Part shown: positions 17,786-28,367 of the stretch, piece after piece
Numbering within the stretch: the stretch's first letter is position 1
How the letters are laid out: each line of letters starts with the position of its first letter
Source: Patescibacteria group bacterium
GTDB taxonomy: Bacteria; Patescibacteriota; Patescibacteriia; Buchananbacterales; UBA6539
Assembly (NCBI GenBank): GCA_028688055.1
Contig: JAQTYZ010000001.1
Span: forward strand, 178,910 to 242,909
Direction of reading: 5' to 3'
Length of the DNA: 64,000 nucleotides
Position numbers and translations under genes: made by a program
The notes under the pieces: model-generated
Told to the model about the DNA's origin: nothing
Seen by the model: the letters and a program-made list of their open reading frames with translations, nothing else
The model's database searches: none

Positions 17786-19525
17786 ATGCCAAATATTTCA
17801 GTAAAAAAGGCTAATAACAATTCGGTTGTCAGTGATAAGCGAATATTGATTTTTTTTGGAATCATTGTTTTGTTTGCCGCGGCCGTTATGATCCGATTGT
17901 TTGCTTTACAAATTTTAGAACATCCTTTTTATTCAGTGATGGCGTCGGAAAGGCAAGAGGTTTTAAAAAGCTTATTCCCTGATCGCGGTTCAATTTACAC
18001 TGCTGAAAAAGGTGGACTATATCCATTAGTCACCAATCGGGATTATTATTTAATTTACGCGGTTCCGTCGGCGGTTGACAATCCGGGTAAGGTTGTTGAC
18101 GCTTTAGCGCCGATTTTAGAATTAAGCGAAGCTGACTGGCAAGAGCTGCTTACTCGTTTATCAAAAAAAGATGATCCCTATGAGCCAATCAAGCATAAAA
18201 TTACTAAAGCCGATAAAGAAAAAATTGAAGCTTTAAACTTGGCGGGCATTGGCTTTACTACTGAAACGTATCGTTTTTATCCGGAAAAACAAATTGGCGG
18301 ACAAATTTTTGGTTTTGTCAGTACCAATGATGACAAAAAGGTTGGTCAATATGGGCTGGAAGGTTATTTTAATACGGAACTTTCTGGTAAAACGGGATTA
18401 CTCAAGTCATTTAAAGATGCTTTAGGCTCTTTGATAACAGTCGGGTCTCGGTCAATTCAGCCAGCCCAAAATGGTTCAAACTTGGTTTTGACCATTGACC
18501 GCACCATTCAATTTAATGCCTGCAAGGATTTAAAAAAATATTACGACCGGTTTAAAGCCGACAGTGCGTCAATTATTGTCATGGAACCAACCGGTGCCAT
18601 TTTAGCCATGTGTAATTTCCCCGATTTCGATCCGGAAAATTATCGCGAAGTTCAAGATATAAGTTATTTTAATAATCCGGCTATTTCGGCGACTTACGAA
18701 CCCGGTTCGGTTTTTAAAATGATTACGATGGCAGCTGGTTTAGATACCGCTGTCATTACTCCTAACACAACTTATATTGATACGGGCGAAGTTAAAGTCG
18801 CTGGCTATACGATTAGAAATTTTGATAAAAAAGCCAGAGGCGAGCAGACCATGATTCAAGCGCTTGATGAATCGTTAAACACTGGAATGATTTTTATTGA
18901 GCAAAAGCTCGGTTTGGAAAATTTCAGAACTTACGTTAAGAATTTTGGTTTTGGGCAAAAAACCGGCATTACCTTAGCTAATGAAGTCTCAGGTAATGTG
19001 TCTTCGTTGGACAAAGCCGGCGATATTTATGGAATGACCGCCTCGTTTGGTCAAGGTGTCAGCGTGACGCCACTACAGCTGGCGTCGGCTTACGCGGCGG
19101 TTGCCAATAAGGGGGTTTTAACGAAGCCTTATATTGTATCAGAAGTTATCCAATTAAATGGTGATAAGATTGAAACAAAACCAACACCAGTGCGTCAAGT
19201 TATTTCGCCGAGAACAGCATCGACCCTAAGCGGTATGTTAGCTTCAGTGGTCCAAACTAGTTATGATAAGAAAGCCAGCGTCAAGGGCTATTATTTAGCC
19301 GGTAAAACCGGAACGGCGCAGATTCCGGGATCAAACGGCGGGTATAGTTCGAAAACCAATCATACTATTGCCGGCTTTGGCCCGATAGCTAATCCGCGCT
19401 TTGTTATCGTTGCCCGGCTGGAAAATCCGAAAGGAATTGGTTATGCCGCCGATAGTGTCACCCCACTTTTTAGTCAATTAGCTCAATATCTGCTAAATTA
19501 TTATCAGATTCCGCCCGACTATTAA
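17786..19525 (+). CDS. Class B penicillin-binding protein (FtsI/PBP2-like)
   Basis: EPGSVFK (SxxK), SLN (SxN), KTGTAQ. Confidence 0.93.
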   Translation: MPNISVKKANNNSVVSDKRILIFFGIIVLFAAAVMIRLFALQILEHPFYSVMASERQEVLKSLFPDRGSIYTAEKGGLYPLVTNRDYYLIYAVPSAVDNPGKVVDALAPILELSEADWQELLTRLSKKDDPYEPIKHKITKADKEKIEALNLAGIGFTTETYRFYPEKQIGGQIFGFVSTNDDKKVGQYGLEGYFNTELSGKTGLLKSFKDALGSLITVGSRSIQPAQNGSNLVLTIDRTIQFNACKDLKKYYDRFKADSASIIVMEPTGAILAMCNFPDFDPENYREVQDISYFNNPAISATYEPGSVFKMITMAAGLDTAVITPNTTYIDTGEVKVAGYTIRNFDKKARGEQTMIQALDESLNTGMIFIEQKLGLENFRTYVKNFGFGQKTGITLANEVSGNVSSLDKAGDIYGMTASFGQGVSVTPLQLASAYAAVANKGVLTKPYIVSEVIQLNGDKIETKPTPVRQVISPRTASTLSGMLASVVQTSYDKKASVKGYYLAGKTGTAQIPGSNGGYSSKTNHTIAGFGPIANPRFVIVARLENPKGIGYAADSVTPLFSQLAQYLLNYYQIPPDY

Positions 19526-19534
19526 ATTATCAAT

Positions 19535-20833
19535 ATGTTAAAAAAACTACTCGAAAAAATATTAGGCATTTTTGCTAAAAAGATTTTGGATAAATATCAG
19601 CCACAAGTTGTTGCGATCACCGGCAGTGTTGGTAAGACGACAACCCGCGAGGCAATTTTTAAAGTTCTGAGCTCGGTGTATCAGACCAGAACTAATTACA
19701 AAAATTACAACAACGAAATTGGCATACCGCTAACGATCATCGGCTCTGAATCAGGCGGGCATTCACTGGTTGGCTGGCTTAAAGTTTTTTTTAAGGCTGT
19801 GGGCTTGCTTGTTTTTAAAAATAATAATTATCCCAAAATGTTGGTTTTAGAAATGGGGGCTGACCATCCTGGTGATATTAAATATTTATCCAAATTAGTG
19901 CCAGTCAAAGTCGGCGTGGTGACAGCGGTGGCTGAAGTTCATTTGGAATTTTTTGACAATCTTGATAACATTGCTAAAGAAAAAGGGGTGTTAATACGAT
20001 CACTGCCGAAAGATGGTTTTGCGGTTTTAAATTTCGACGATCGACGAGTTAAAGCGTTAGCGGAGAAAACAGCGGCCAAGGTTATTAGTTATGGGTTTGC
20101 CCCTGGCGCCGATATTACTGCTGGCGAAATTGCCGTTAGTCATGATGCCAACTATCAGGATGTTTCAACCATTCAGGGCGTCAGCTTTAAACTAAAATAC
20201 AATGGCAGTACGGTGCCGGTTTTATTGCCTCAAGTTCTCGGTGAACATTTAGTATCTGCCGCCTTGGCGGCGGTGGCTGTTGGCTTGGTTTATGATATAA
20301 ATCTACACACGATTACTGAAGCGCTAAAAACCTTCGAACCGCCCAAGGGTCGCATGCATTTAATTAACGGCATTAAGGGAACCTTAATCATTGACGACAC
20401 CTATAACGCTTCACCGCTAGCAACGCGCAAGGCGCTTTATCAGCTTGGACAAATTAATTTGAATAATTATCATCACAAGTACGCTATTTTAGGTGATATG
20501 CTGGAGTTAGGCAGTATCACCGAACAGGCTCATCAGGAAATCGGCGAAGCCGTTGTTGATTATGACATTGATTATTTAATTACGGTGGGTGAAAAATCGC
20601 GCGACATTGTCCGTGGGGCGGTGGCTAAAGGAATGCCCGAAGATCATTGTTTTAATTTTCCAGACAGTGTTGAGGCTGGAAAATTCGCTCAGCAGCGGAT
20701 CAAAGCAGGGGATTTAATCTTAGTCAAGGGCTCGCAGGGGATGCGAATGGAAAAAATTGTCAAAGAATTAATGGCGGAACCGGACAAGGCCGCTGAGTTA
20801 TTAGTTAGGCAAGACGCTAGTTGGTTAAAATAA
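19535..20833 (+). CDS. murF: UDP-MurNAc-tripeptide-D-Ala-D-Ala ligase
   Basis: ITGSVGKTTT, NNEIGIP, DDTYNASP, LGDMLELG, VKGSQG. Confidence 0.93.
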   Translation: MLKKLLEKILGIFAKKILDKYQPQVVAITGSVGKTTTREAIFKVLSSVYQTRTNYKNYNNEIGIPLTIIGSESGGHSLVGWLKVFFKAVGLLVFKNNNYPKMLVLEMGADHPGDIKYLSKLVPVKVGVVTAVAEVHLEFFDNLDNIAKEKGVLIRSLPKDGFAVLNFDDRRVKALAEKTAAKVISYGFAPGADITAGEIAVSHDANYQDVSTIQGVSFKLKYNGSTVPVLLPQVLGEHLVSAALAAVAVGLVYDINLHTITEALKTFEPPKGRMHLINGIKGTLIIDDTYNASPLATRKALYQLGQINLNNYHHKYAILGDMLELGSITEQAHQEIGEAVVDYDIDYLITVGEKSRDIVRGAVAKGMPEDHCFNFPDSVEAGKFAQQRIKAGDLILVKGSQGMRMEKIVKELMAEPDKAAELLVRQDASWLK

Positions 20834-20907
20834 CAAATTGACAAAAGAACTGACGCAGAGTAATTTATAGGTTGGTTCTTTTTGTTTTGACCGCTGGAGG
20901 ATTTGTG

Positions 20908-21207
20908 ATGACAAAGGAACGCGAATATCGTTGGTATCTTGAGCCGCTTGACGCTCACACCAATGAGGTGTTGGCGAGAAACGTCGGTATTGCCGAAGAG
21001 ATTGGTGAATACAGCACAACTGAAGGCTCTAAGCATCTTTACCTGGTCGACCGAGAAGTTATCCGCTATGTAAAGCAGAGCCAAACAACTTTGCACATTT
21101 GTTTCCAGATTTACGTTCAGGAAGGCAGTGGCCAAATCCGGCTAAGCAAATTCGTCGACGGCAAAAAACGTCGGCTCAAGCGGTGGCCGCGGCGGGCAAA
21201 GAGTTAA
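20908..21207 (+). CDS. Hypothetical protein
   Basis: Own promoter TTGACA(20838)-17-TAATTT; GGAGG at 20896; ATG 20908. Confidence 0.65.
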   Translation: MTKEREYRWYLEPLDAHTNEVLARNVGIAEEIGEYSTTEGSKHLYLVDREVIRYVKQSQTTLHICFQIYVQEGSGQIRLSKFVDGKKRRLKRWPRRAKS

Positions 21208-21262
21208 TCTGAGCCCCCTTTTTTTATTTGCCTAAACGGTTATAAATCGTTACAATTTAGTA

Positions 21263-22639
21263 ATGGCTAAGCTGACTTTATATAATACTTTAACGCGGTC
21301 AAAACAGGAATTTAAGCCGCTCAATGATAAAACTGTTGGTCTCTATACTTGCGGACCAACAGTTTATGATTATGCCCATATCGGCAACTTGCGGACCTAT
21401 CTTTTTGAAGATATCTTGCGACGCGTTTTAGAATTTGACGGTTATCGGGTTAAACAGGTGATGAATATTACTGATGTTGGTCATCTCACTTCCGACGCCG
21501 ATAGCGGTGAAGATAAATTGGAAAAGGGATCTCAACGCGAGGGCAAAACGGTTTGGGAAATTGCGCAATTTTATACTGATGAATTCAAGAAAAATATCGC
21601 CGACTTAAACATTAAATCGCCGACGGTTTGGTGCAAGGCGACTGATTATATTGCTGAGCAAATTGACTTTATAAAAAAATTGGAACAAAAAGGCTTAACC
21701 TATAATACCAGTGATGGCGTTTATTTTGATACGGCGCAATATCCCGATTACGCGCGCTTGGGCAAATTAAATTTGTCGGGCCAAAAAGCCGGTGCGCGCG
21801 TTGAACAAAATGACGCCAAGCGCAATGCCACCGACTTTGCGCTCTGGAAATTCAGTCCTAAAGATTCGCAGCGTCAAATGGAATGGGCTAGTCCGTGGGG
21901 TAAGGGTTTTCCGGGCTGGCATTTGGAGTGTTCCGCCATGAGTATTGCTAAACTTGGCCAAGAGTTTGATCTTCATTGCGGCGGCATTGATCATATCCCC
22001 ATTCATCACACTAATGAGCGCGCTCAGAATTGGGGCTTAACTGGGAAGGAAACCGTCAAGTATTGGGTGCATGGCGAATTTTTGATTATTGATCAAGGAC
22101 GAATGGGTAAGTCGGAAGGTAATTTTATTACGCTGCAGACGCTCATTGATCAAGGCTTTGATCCGTTGGCTTACCGTTATTTGTGTCTGCAAACACATTA
22201 TCGACAAAAGCTTAATTTTTCTTGGGAGTCAGTAAGCGCGGCGCAGAACGCCTTGGTTAAATTACAAACCGCCGTTGCTGGTTTTGCTGGTCAAAGTATT
22301 GGTTGTGTGGGGTATGAAGCAGATTTTCTAGCGGCTATTAATGACGATTTAAACATGCCGAAAGCTTTAGCAATCGTTTGGAAATTAGTTGCCGATTCCA
22401 AAATGCCAGTCGCCGGTAAAAAACAAACTTTAATTAAATTTGATCAGGTTTTAGGTCTTGGTTTAAATGATTTAAAACCGGAAATAATTCCCGAAGAAAT
22501 TAATAAAATTGCTAAAGACCAGGAGGCGGCTCGGCAGGAAAAGAATTTTCAAAAATCCGATGAGCTCAGAGCTTTGTCAGCAGCAAAAGGCTACATTATT
22601 GAAAATACACCCAATGGTCCGATAATTAAGAAAAAATAG
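21263..22639 (+). CDS. cysS: Cysteinyl-tRNA synthetase
   Basis: [33 protein letters not shown]. Confidence 0.97.
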   Translation: MAKLTLYNTLTRSKQEFKPLNDKTVGLYTCGPTVYDYAHIGNLRTYLFEDILRRVLEFDGYRVKQVMNITDVGHLTSDADSGEDKLEKGSQREGKTVWEIAQFYTDEFKKNIADLNIKSPTVWCKATDYIAEQIDFIKKLEQKGLTYNTSDGVYFDTAQYPDYARLGKLNLSGQKAGARVEQNDAKRNATDFALWKFSPKDSQRQMEWASPWGKGFPGWHLECSAMSIAKLGQEFDLHCGGIDHIPIHHTNERAQNWGLTGKETVKYWVHGEFLIIDQGRMGKSEGNFITLQTLIDQGFDPLAYRYLCLQTHYRQKLNFSWESVSAAQNALVKLQTAVAGFAGQSIGCVGYEADFLAAINDDLNMPKALAIVWKLVADSKMPVAGKKQTLIKFDQVLGLGLNDLKPEIIPEEINKIAKDQEAARQEKNFQKSDELRALSAAKGYIIENTPNGPIIKKK

Positions 22640-22640
22640 C

Positions 22641-23762
22641 ATGACAAAAAAAGTTTTAATTGTGTACGCGAGTGGGGGAATGGGGCACGTGACCGCGGCT
22701 AAAGCGGTCGAAGAAGCATTTAAAAATAAGTATCCGGCGGTGGAGACAAAAAATGTTGACGTCATTGATTACGCCAATAGCCTCTATAAAAAAATTTTTG
22801 TTGATGGCTATAATTTTGTTAGCGCTAAAAAGCCGGAATTGTGGGGTTGGTTGTATCATAAGTTCAATGATCCGTCGGTCCAAAAATTGCCAAGTTTACT
22901 TTCGCGTTTAGCAATCGAGGGCAAGTTTATTCCGCTGATTAAGGATTTTAAACCTGATTTTATCGTTGCCACCCATCCGCTACCGATGGTACTAATCTCC
23001 CATTCAAAAGAAAAAAATGTGATTGACATTGCGTCGTCATTGGTGGTAACTGATTTTGGTTGCCATAGCTTTTGGGTTGACCCGGAAGTTAATTATTATT
23101 TTGTGGCAACTGATAGTGTCAGTAAGTGCTTAGCCAATTATGGTGCTAAGTCCGAGCAATTTGTCGTAACTGGCATCCCCATTGAGCTTAAGTTTTCACA
23201 AGACCTTGATCGGCAAGCGATCGACAAAAAGCTCGGCTTAGTACCGGAATTGCCAACCGTTTTGATTGTTGGTGGTCAGTTTAGCTTTGCGGCCTTGCAA
23301 AAAATATATCACGGGATTCAGAAAGAACACGCTAAGGCCGTTCAGTTTATTGTCGTTGCCGGTCGGGATAAAGCGCTTAAGTTGGCGTTGGAAAACTTAA
23401 ATATTCAGAAAAGCGGTAACGTTAAGACCTTTGGTTTTGTCAGTAATATGCAGGAATTAATGACGGCGTCAGATTTGATTTTTTCTAAAGCCGGCGGCTT
23501 GACGGTTTCGGAATGTATGGCTAAAAGTTTACCAATGGTTATTAATAAAGTTATTCCTGGTCAGGAAGAAGATAACGTTAATTATCTGGTTAGCAAAGGA
23601 GCGGCGATTAAAGTTGATAATTTTGCTGGTATTGTTGAGGCGGTTAATGATTTGTTAGATAATCCGGAAAAAATTAAGAAGATGAAAGAGGCAGCTGGCA
23701 AAATTGGCAAGCCTAATTCGGCCACCGAATTAGCCGATTTTGTAATGAATAAGATAAAATAG
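22641..23762 (+). CDS. MGDG-synthase/UgtP-like glycosyltransferase (GT28)
   Basis: SGGMGHVTAA, THP, VTDF, TGIPI, SKAGGLTVSE, PGQEEDN. Confidence 0.88.
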   Translation: MTKKVLIVYASGGMGHVTAAKAVEEAFKNKYPAVETKNVDVIDYANSLYKKIFVDGYNFVSAKKPELWGWLYHKFNDPSVQKLPSLLSRLAIEGKFIPLIKDFKPDFIVATHPLPMVLISHSKEKNVIDIASSLVVTDFGCHSFWVDPEVNYYFVATDSVSKCLANYGAKSEQFVVTGIPIELKFSQDLDRQAIDKKLGLVPELPTVLIVGGQFSFAALQKIYHGIQKEHAKAVQFIVVAGRDKALKLALENLNIQKSGNVKTFGFVSNMQELMTASDLIFSKAGGLTVSECMAKSLPMVINKVIPGQEEDNVNYLVSKGAAIKVDNFAGIVEAVNDLLDNPEKIKKMKEAAGKIGKPNSATELADFVMNKIK

Positions 23763-23771
23763 TTTTTTACT

Positions 23772-23817
23772 AAAAAAATTCAGGCCCGCGATGAATTTTG
23801 TATCCATCGCGGGCCTG
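23772..23817 (-). terminator. Intrinsic terminator
   Basis: CAGGCCCGCGATG/CATCGCGGGCCTG stem with an A tract on the + side. Confidence 0.75.
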
Positions 23818-23828
23818 TTGCAACGAGT

Positions 23829-24104
23829 TTAGACACGTGGCTGCTTCGCCTCTTCGAAGCAGACCGGACAGTATCCGTGTGACGCTTCGCGACGAGGTAC
23901 GGGGCCGTACCACTGGCCCTCCACGCGAATTTTGTGGCAAACGCAACATTGCACGGGCTGGCCTTCAATCGGCGGCACATTGGAGTGCAGGTTGCAGTGT
24001 GCCTTATTTACCCCTGGTAGCAAGGCATTACAACCTTCGGCCTCAAACCATGATACCCCGCCTTTGCCGAGCATTCTATAACAAACCGGACACTGAGTGA
24101 TCAT
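23829..24104 (-). CDS. Small Cys-rich, putative zinc-binding protein
   Basis: CPVC, CCVCHKIR...W...SHGYCPVC; SD GGAGGG; promoter TTGACA-17-TATTTT. Confidence 0.7.
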   Translation of the reverse strand: MITQCPVCYRMLGKGGVSWFEAEGCNALLPGVNKAHCNLHSNVPPIEGQPVQCCVCHKIRVEGQWYGPVPRREASHGYCPVCFEEAKQPRV

Positions 24105-24192
24105 TGAAAAAACCCTCCATTGCCCAAAAGAGCAGTAGTAGACACAAAAAAGAGTACTTTAGAAAATACCATAAAATTGTTCAAATGTCAAT

Positions 24193-24218
24193 AATACCTC
24201 GGCTACAGCCGAGGTATT
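24193..24218 (-). terminator. Hairpin after corA
   Basis: AATACCTCGGC-TACA-GCCGAGGTATT. Confidence 0.7.
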
Positions 24219-24247
24219 TAGGTGAGCTTAGCTAAATTAAATGATAG

Positions 24248-25180
24248 TTACATCCAACCTTTACGCTTGAAAATCGTTAACATAGTGGTAATCATGATGG
24301 CCATGATGCCGATGACATACCAAAAACCAAAATGGTTATCAATGAATGGCATGGCGTGAATTGTATTCATCCCAAATATTGCCGCTAGTAGTGTGGCTGG
24401 AAAGGTAATGACGGAAATAATGGTCAGGGTCCGCATAATGTCTGAGAGCCGAAAAGATATTTGCGATTCGTTAGTTTGTTGCAAGGCTTCAATTCTTTCC
24501 TTTAAATTTTCTAAATTGTCCCAAATTTCTTTGGCCGTATCAATAAGACTTTCAAAATAGATGTCAGCTTTTTTCATCACAAATAATGGACTAGCTTTAA
24601 AATTATGGATGGCTTTTTTTAGGACATTTTTATGAACCTGCATAATTTTTCGGAAGTCGGTGATATTTCGCCTAATAATCAGAATTTCCGACACCATCCC
24701 TTTTTCCTTACCGGAGAAAATTGCTTTTTCAATTTTGTCGCAATCTTCATTAAGATGGTCAATCATCGGAAATGAACTGACAATTAATTTGTGCATAATT
24801 TCATAAAGCAATTTTTCCGGCGATTTATCAGGATAGCGCTCGCGCAGGTCTGGGCTAATTTGAAAAAGATGAAAAAAATCGTTAAAAATTCCTAAATGAT
24901 TATGGTTAATGGTTATTAAATATTCCTTACTGATAAAAATATCAAGCTCGGTCGATAAAATTTCCCTGGTTTGGTCGTCATAATAAGGTAGTAACATCAC
25001 CCAAAAAATATATTTTGGATAAGCATCAAGCTTGCTGCGGTAGCTCGGTGACAAACAATCGGTGATGTCTAGTGGATGAAATTTGTATTTTTCACCCAAG
25101 TTAGTAATTTCTTGTTCGCTGGGATCAGTTAAATTAATCCAGCTAAAAGATGAAAAGTCTACTTTTTGAATTTGTCCCAT
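24248..25180 (-). CDS. corA: CorA family Mg2+ transporter
   Basis: FHPL...D, GMN signature, two C-terminal TMs ending KRKGWM. Confidence 0.92.
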   Translation of the reverse strand: MGQIQKVDFSSFSWINLTDPSEQEITNLGEKYKFHPLDITDCLSPSYRSKLDAYPKYIFWVMLLPYYDDQTREILSTELDIFISKEYLITINHNHLGIFNDFFHLFQISPDLRERYPDKSPEKLLYEIMHKLIVSSFPMIDHLNEDCDKIEKAIFSGKEKGMVSEILIIRRNITDFRKIMQVHKNVLKKAIHNFKASPLFVMKKADIYFESLIDTAKEIWDNLENLKERIEALQQTNESQISFRLSDIMRTLTIISVITFPATLLAAIFGMNTIHAMPFIDNHFGFWYVIGIMAIMITTMLTIFKRKGWM

Positions 25181-25275
25181 AGCTTATCATTATTAATTTG
25201 ATTTAATTATAGCATCTTTGACAAATTGCTAAAAGAATTGTCTATTGAGGCGGTTTATACTATAATTATAAGCGT

Positions 25276-25788
25276 ATGAGCGATCAAAATAACAAAAATT
25301 TTCGCGAGTTAATGAAAACGTCGCCTGAAGAATCCCCTGAGGGCGAAATGGCTAAATCAAGGGCGGAAATTGAGGATACCACTGAAATTTCTCAGGAACA
25401 AAAAGATAAATTTAGAACCGAAGTTTTGGACGAAATTGAGGCCGCTAGTCGTCAACCGGTGGCCAATGTCAACGATTTAGCTAATAAATCTGTCCCGGCG
25501 CCGCCGCCGGATAAAAGTCAGACGTTGGTGCAGGTTGAAAATATTTTAGCGCAAGATTTGGAGGGCACTTTTTATCAGATGGATCCTGATTTAAAACAGC
25601 GGTTTAAAAGTGAAGGCGAAAAAACTGCGGCTAAGATTGAGGCCTTGATTAAGGCCGGTAAAGGCAAAGCCGGCGCTATTTTTAATTTAATTATCAAGTG
25701 GTTAAAGATTATTCCCGGCGTTAACAAGTTCTTTATCAAGCAGGAAGCCAAGATTAAGACCAGTAAGATTATTAATCTCAACAAGTGA
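25276..25788 (+). CDS. Conserved CPR-type hypothetical protein
   Basis: WLKIIPGVNKFFIKQEAKIK C-terminus; overlaps the next gene. Confidence 0.7.
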   Translation: MSDQNNKNFRELMKTSPEESPEGEMAKSRAEIEDTTEISQEQKDKFRTEVLDEIEAASRQPVANVNDLANKSVPAPPPDKSQTLVQVENILAQDLEGTFYQMDPDLKQRFKSEGEKTAAKIEALIKAGKGKAGAIFNLIIKWLKIIPGVNKFFIKQEAKIKTSKIINLNK

Positions 25789-28364
25789 TGCTGCCGCTGT
25801 TTCAAATTAGCGTTCCCCAGCCAAACTATCCAACTGTCGGTTACAGTTTTAAAATTAGTCAGCCGTCTTTGTTTATTGGTTTTGATATTGCCGTCATTAT
25901 CGTTTTGGTGGTGGTTTTAGTGCTGTTGGTTAGGTATTTAATCAGAGCCATCAATTATGTGCCGGCCTCATTTCACAAAGTTGTGCTATTAGTCACCGTA
26001 CCTAAAGAATCTTCGGATGCCGCTGATCAGCAGGAAAATATTGAACAAATCAGAGCGCAAATTTCGTTGGCCGATAGCTGGCTGTCGACCCTCGGCGGTT
26101 TAAAGGCCCAGCGCGGTTTGCGGGCTTGGCTGTGGGGACGAACTGATGTCGTTTCCTTTGAATTAGTCTTGTGGCAGGGCGTTATTTCATTTTATGTCGC
26201 CGTTCCACAGCACCTGCGCGATTATCTTGAACAGCAGCTGCTCGCTCAGTATCCCGAAGCTAACTTGACGGAAGTTGGTGATTATAATATTTTTTCGCCT
26301 CAAGGCGTTGTTTTAAATGGTTATCTTAAATTTGCCAGAACATACATTTTTCCTCTCAAAACTTATCGTACTATGAATAGTGATCCGCTTAACGCACTGA
26401 CGACGTCGCTGAGCAGTGTTGGACCAGACGAAGGCATTGCGATTCAAATTGTGGCTCGTTCGGCGAAAAAAAAGTGGCATCGCAAGGGGATGAAAGTGGC
26501 CTCACAGCTGCAAAAAGGGAAAACCTTGTCTGAGGCGTTGGCGGCCGACCGCTGGTTCAGTTTTTTTTCGCTGGTCAATATTTTTAGATCAAAATCAAAG
26601 GAAGAAATTTTACAGGAAAAAACCAATCCTAAAACTTTGACGCCGATGGAACAGGAATTAGTGAAGGGGCTGGAGGAAAAAACATCAAAGGCTGGCTTGG
26701 ATTGTAACATTAGAATTATTGTCTCGGCAAAGAATAAAATGGCAGCGCAGGCGTATCTAACTCGCGTCGTTGATTCTTTTACCCAATATAATTATTACCA
26801 ATATGGCAACAGCCTGAAGTTGATTAAAGAGTCTCCTAATCGGATGGTTAATGATTTTATTTATCGGGCGTTTCGTGAAGATCAAAGAATGTTATTAAAT
26901 ACTGAAGAGCTGGCTAGTATTTATCATTTCCCGACGCCGTTTTTAGACACGCCTAATATCCGTTGGCTGTTGGCCAAAAAAATTGCGCCACCAAATAATA
27001 TGCCAACGGAGGGCTTATTGATTGGTGAAAATATTTTTCGTAGCCGCCAAGCTAATGTTTATATCAAAACCGACGATCGACGACGGCATACATATGTAAT
27101 CGGAATGACTGGCACCGGTAAATCGGTGCTAATGGCTAATATGGCCATTCAGGACATTCGCAATGGCCGCGGGGTTTGTGTGATTGATCCGCACGGCAGT
27201 TTGGTTGAAGATATTTTACCATCGATTCCGAAAGAACGGATCAACGATGTGATCTATTTTAATCCTTCGGACGTCGAGCGGCCGATTGGCTTAAATATGC
27301 TAGAGGCGGAAAATCCTGAACAACAAGATTTCGCCGTTCAGGAAATGATTTCGATTTTCTATAAGTTAGTTACTGACCCATCAATGGTCGGTCCGATGTT
27401 TGAACATAATATGCGAAATGCCATGCTGACGTTGATGGCGGATAAAGAAAACCCCGGAACCATTGCAGAAATTCCCAGAATTTTTACCGACAAAGATTTT
27501 CAAAAATATAAGGTTGGCAAAGTAACTGATCCGATGGTTAGATCTTTTTGGGAGCAGGAAATGGCAAAAACGTCCGATTTTCATAAGTCCGAAATGCTGG
27601 GCTATTTAATTTCGAAAGTTGGCCGGTTTATCGAAAATGCCATGGTGCGAAACATTATTGGCCAGCCTAAATCAGGTTTTAATTTTCGCGAGGTTATGGA
27701 TAACCAAAAGATTTTATTGGTGAATCTATCAAAAGGCAAAACCGGCGAAGTTAATAGCAATTTATTGGGCTTAATTATCGTCGCTAAGTTACAGATGGCC
27801 GCCTTATCAAGAACTGATTTACCGGAAGCTGAACGAAAGGATTTTTATTTATATATCGATGAGTTTCAGAATTTTATTACCGATAGCGTTGCCACCATTT
27901 TAGCCGAAGCCCGAAAGTATAAGTTAAACTTAATTTTAGCCCACCAATATTTAGGTCAATTAAGCGCCGCTACCGGGCCCGATAGTAAAAATTACGGTAG
28001 CAAAATTAGGGATGCAATATTTGGCAACGTTGGCACCTTGATTTCATTTCGGATCGGCGTTGAAGACGCGGAAGTCATCGCGAAGCAGATGAGCCCGACC
28101 GTTGATGAATATGATTTGATGAATATTGAAAAATATAACGCCTACCTTAGACTTTTGGTTGATAATCAGCCGATGCGGCCATTTAATATTCACACTTTTC
28201 CGCCGATTGAGGGCGATTTGAAAATTATTAATGAAATTACCGATTTTTCTCGTTGGCGCTATGGCGTCGACCGTCGAAAAGTCGAGGCGGATGTTATTGA
28301 ACGAAGCCAACTAGGGGCCAAGCCGATTCAAAATTTAACGCCGCCAATTGAAAGAACTTTATAA
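25785..28364 (+). CDS. VirD4/TraM-like (HerA/FtsK superfamily) membrane ATPase
   Basis: DRRRHTYVIGMTGTGKS Walker A, IDPHG, LYIDEFQ Walker B, EARKY, AHQY. Confidence 0.88.
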   Translation: MMLPLFQISVPQPNYPTVGYSFKISQPSLFIGFDIAVIIVLVVVLVLLVRYLIRAINYVPASFHKVVLLVTVPKESSDAADQQENIEQIRAQISLADSWLSTLGGLKAQRGLRAWLWGRTDVVSFELVLWQGVISFYVAVPQHLRDYLEQQLLAQYPEANLTEVGDYNIFSPQGVVLNGYLKFARTYIFPLKTYRTMNSDPLNALTTSLSSVGPDEGIAIQIVARSAKKKWHRKGMKVASQLQKGKTLSEALAADRWFSFFSLVNIFRSKSKEEILQEKTNPKTLTPMEQELVKGLEEKTSKAGLDCNIRIIVSAKNKMAAQAYLTRVVDSFTQYNYYQYGNSLKLIKESPNRMVNDFIYRAFREDQRMLLNTEELASIYHFPTPFLDTPNIRWLLAKKIAPPNNMPTEGLLIGENIFRSRQANVYIKTDDRRRHTYVIGMTGTGKSVLMANMAIQDIRNGRGVCVIDPHGSLVEDILPSIPKERINDVIYFNPSDVERPIGLNMLEAENPEQQDFAVQEMISIFYKLVTDPSMVGPMFEHNMRNAMLTLMADKENPGTIAEIPRIFTDKDFQKYKVGKVTDPMVRSFWEQEMAKTSDFHKSEMLGYLISKVGRFIENAMVRNIIGQPKSGFNFREVMDNQKILLVNLSKGKTGEVNSNLLGLIIVAKLQMAALSRTDLPEAERKDFYLYIDEFQNFITDSVATILAEARKYKLNLILAHQYLGQLSAATGPDSKNYGSKIRDAIFGNVGTLISFRIGVEDAEVIAKQMSPTVDEYDLMNIEKYNAYLRLLVDNQPMRPFNIHTFPPIEGDLKIINEITDFSRWRYGVDRRKVEADVIERSQLGAKPIQNLTPPIERTL

Positions 28365-28367
28365 ATT

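Noticed and set aside
23780-24100. Alternative ORFs 23780-23980(-) and 23798-24100(+)
   Set aside because: They overlap the Cys-rich ORF that has the SD, promoter and terminator.
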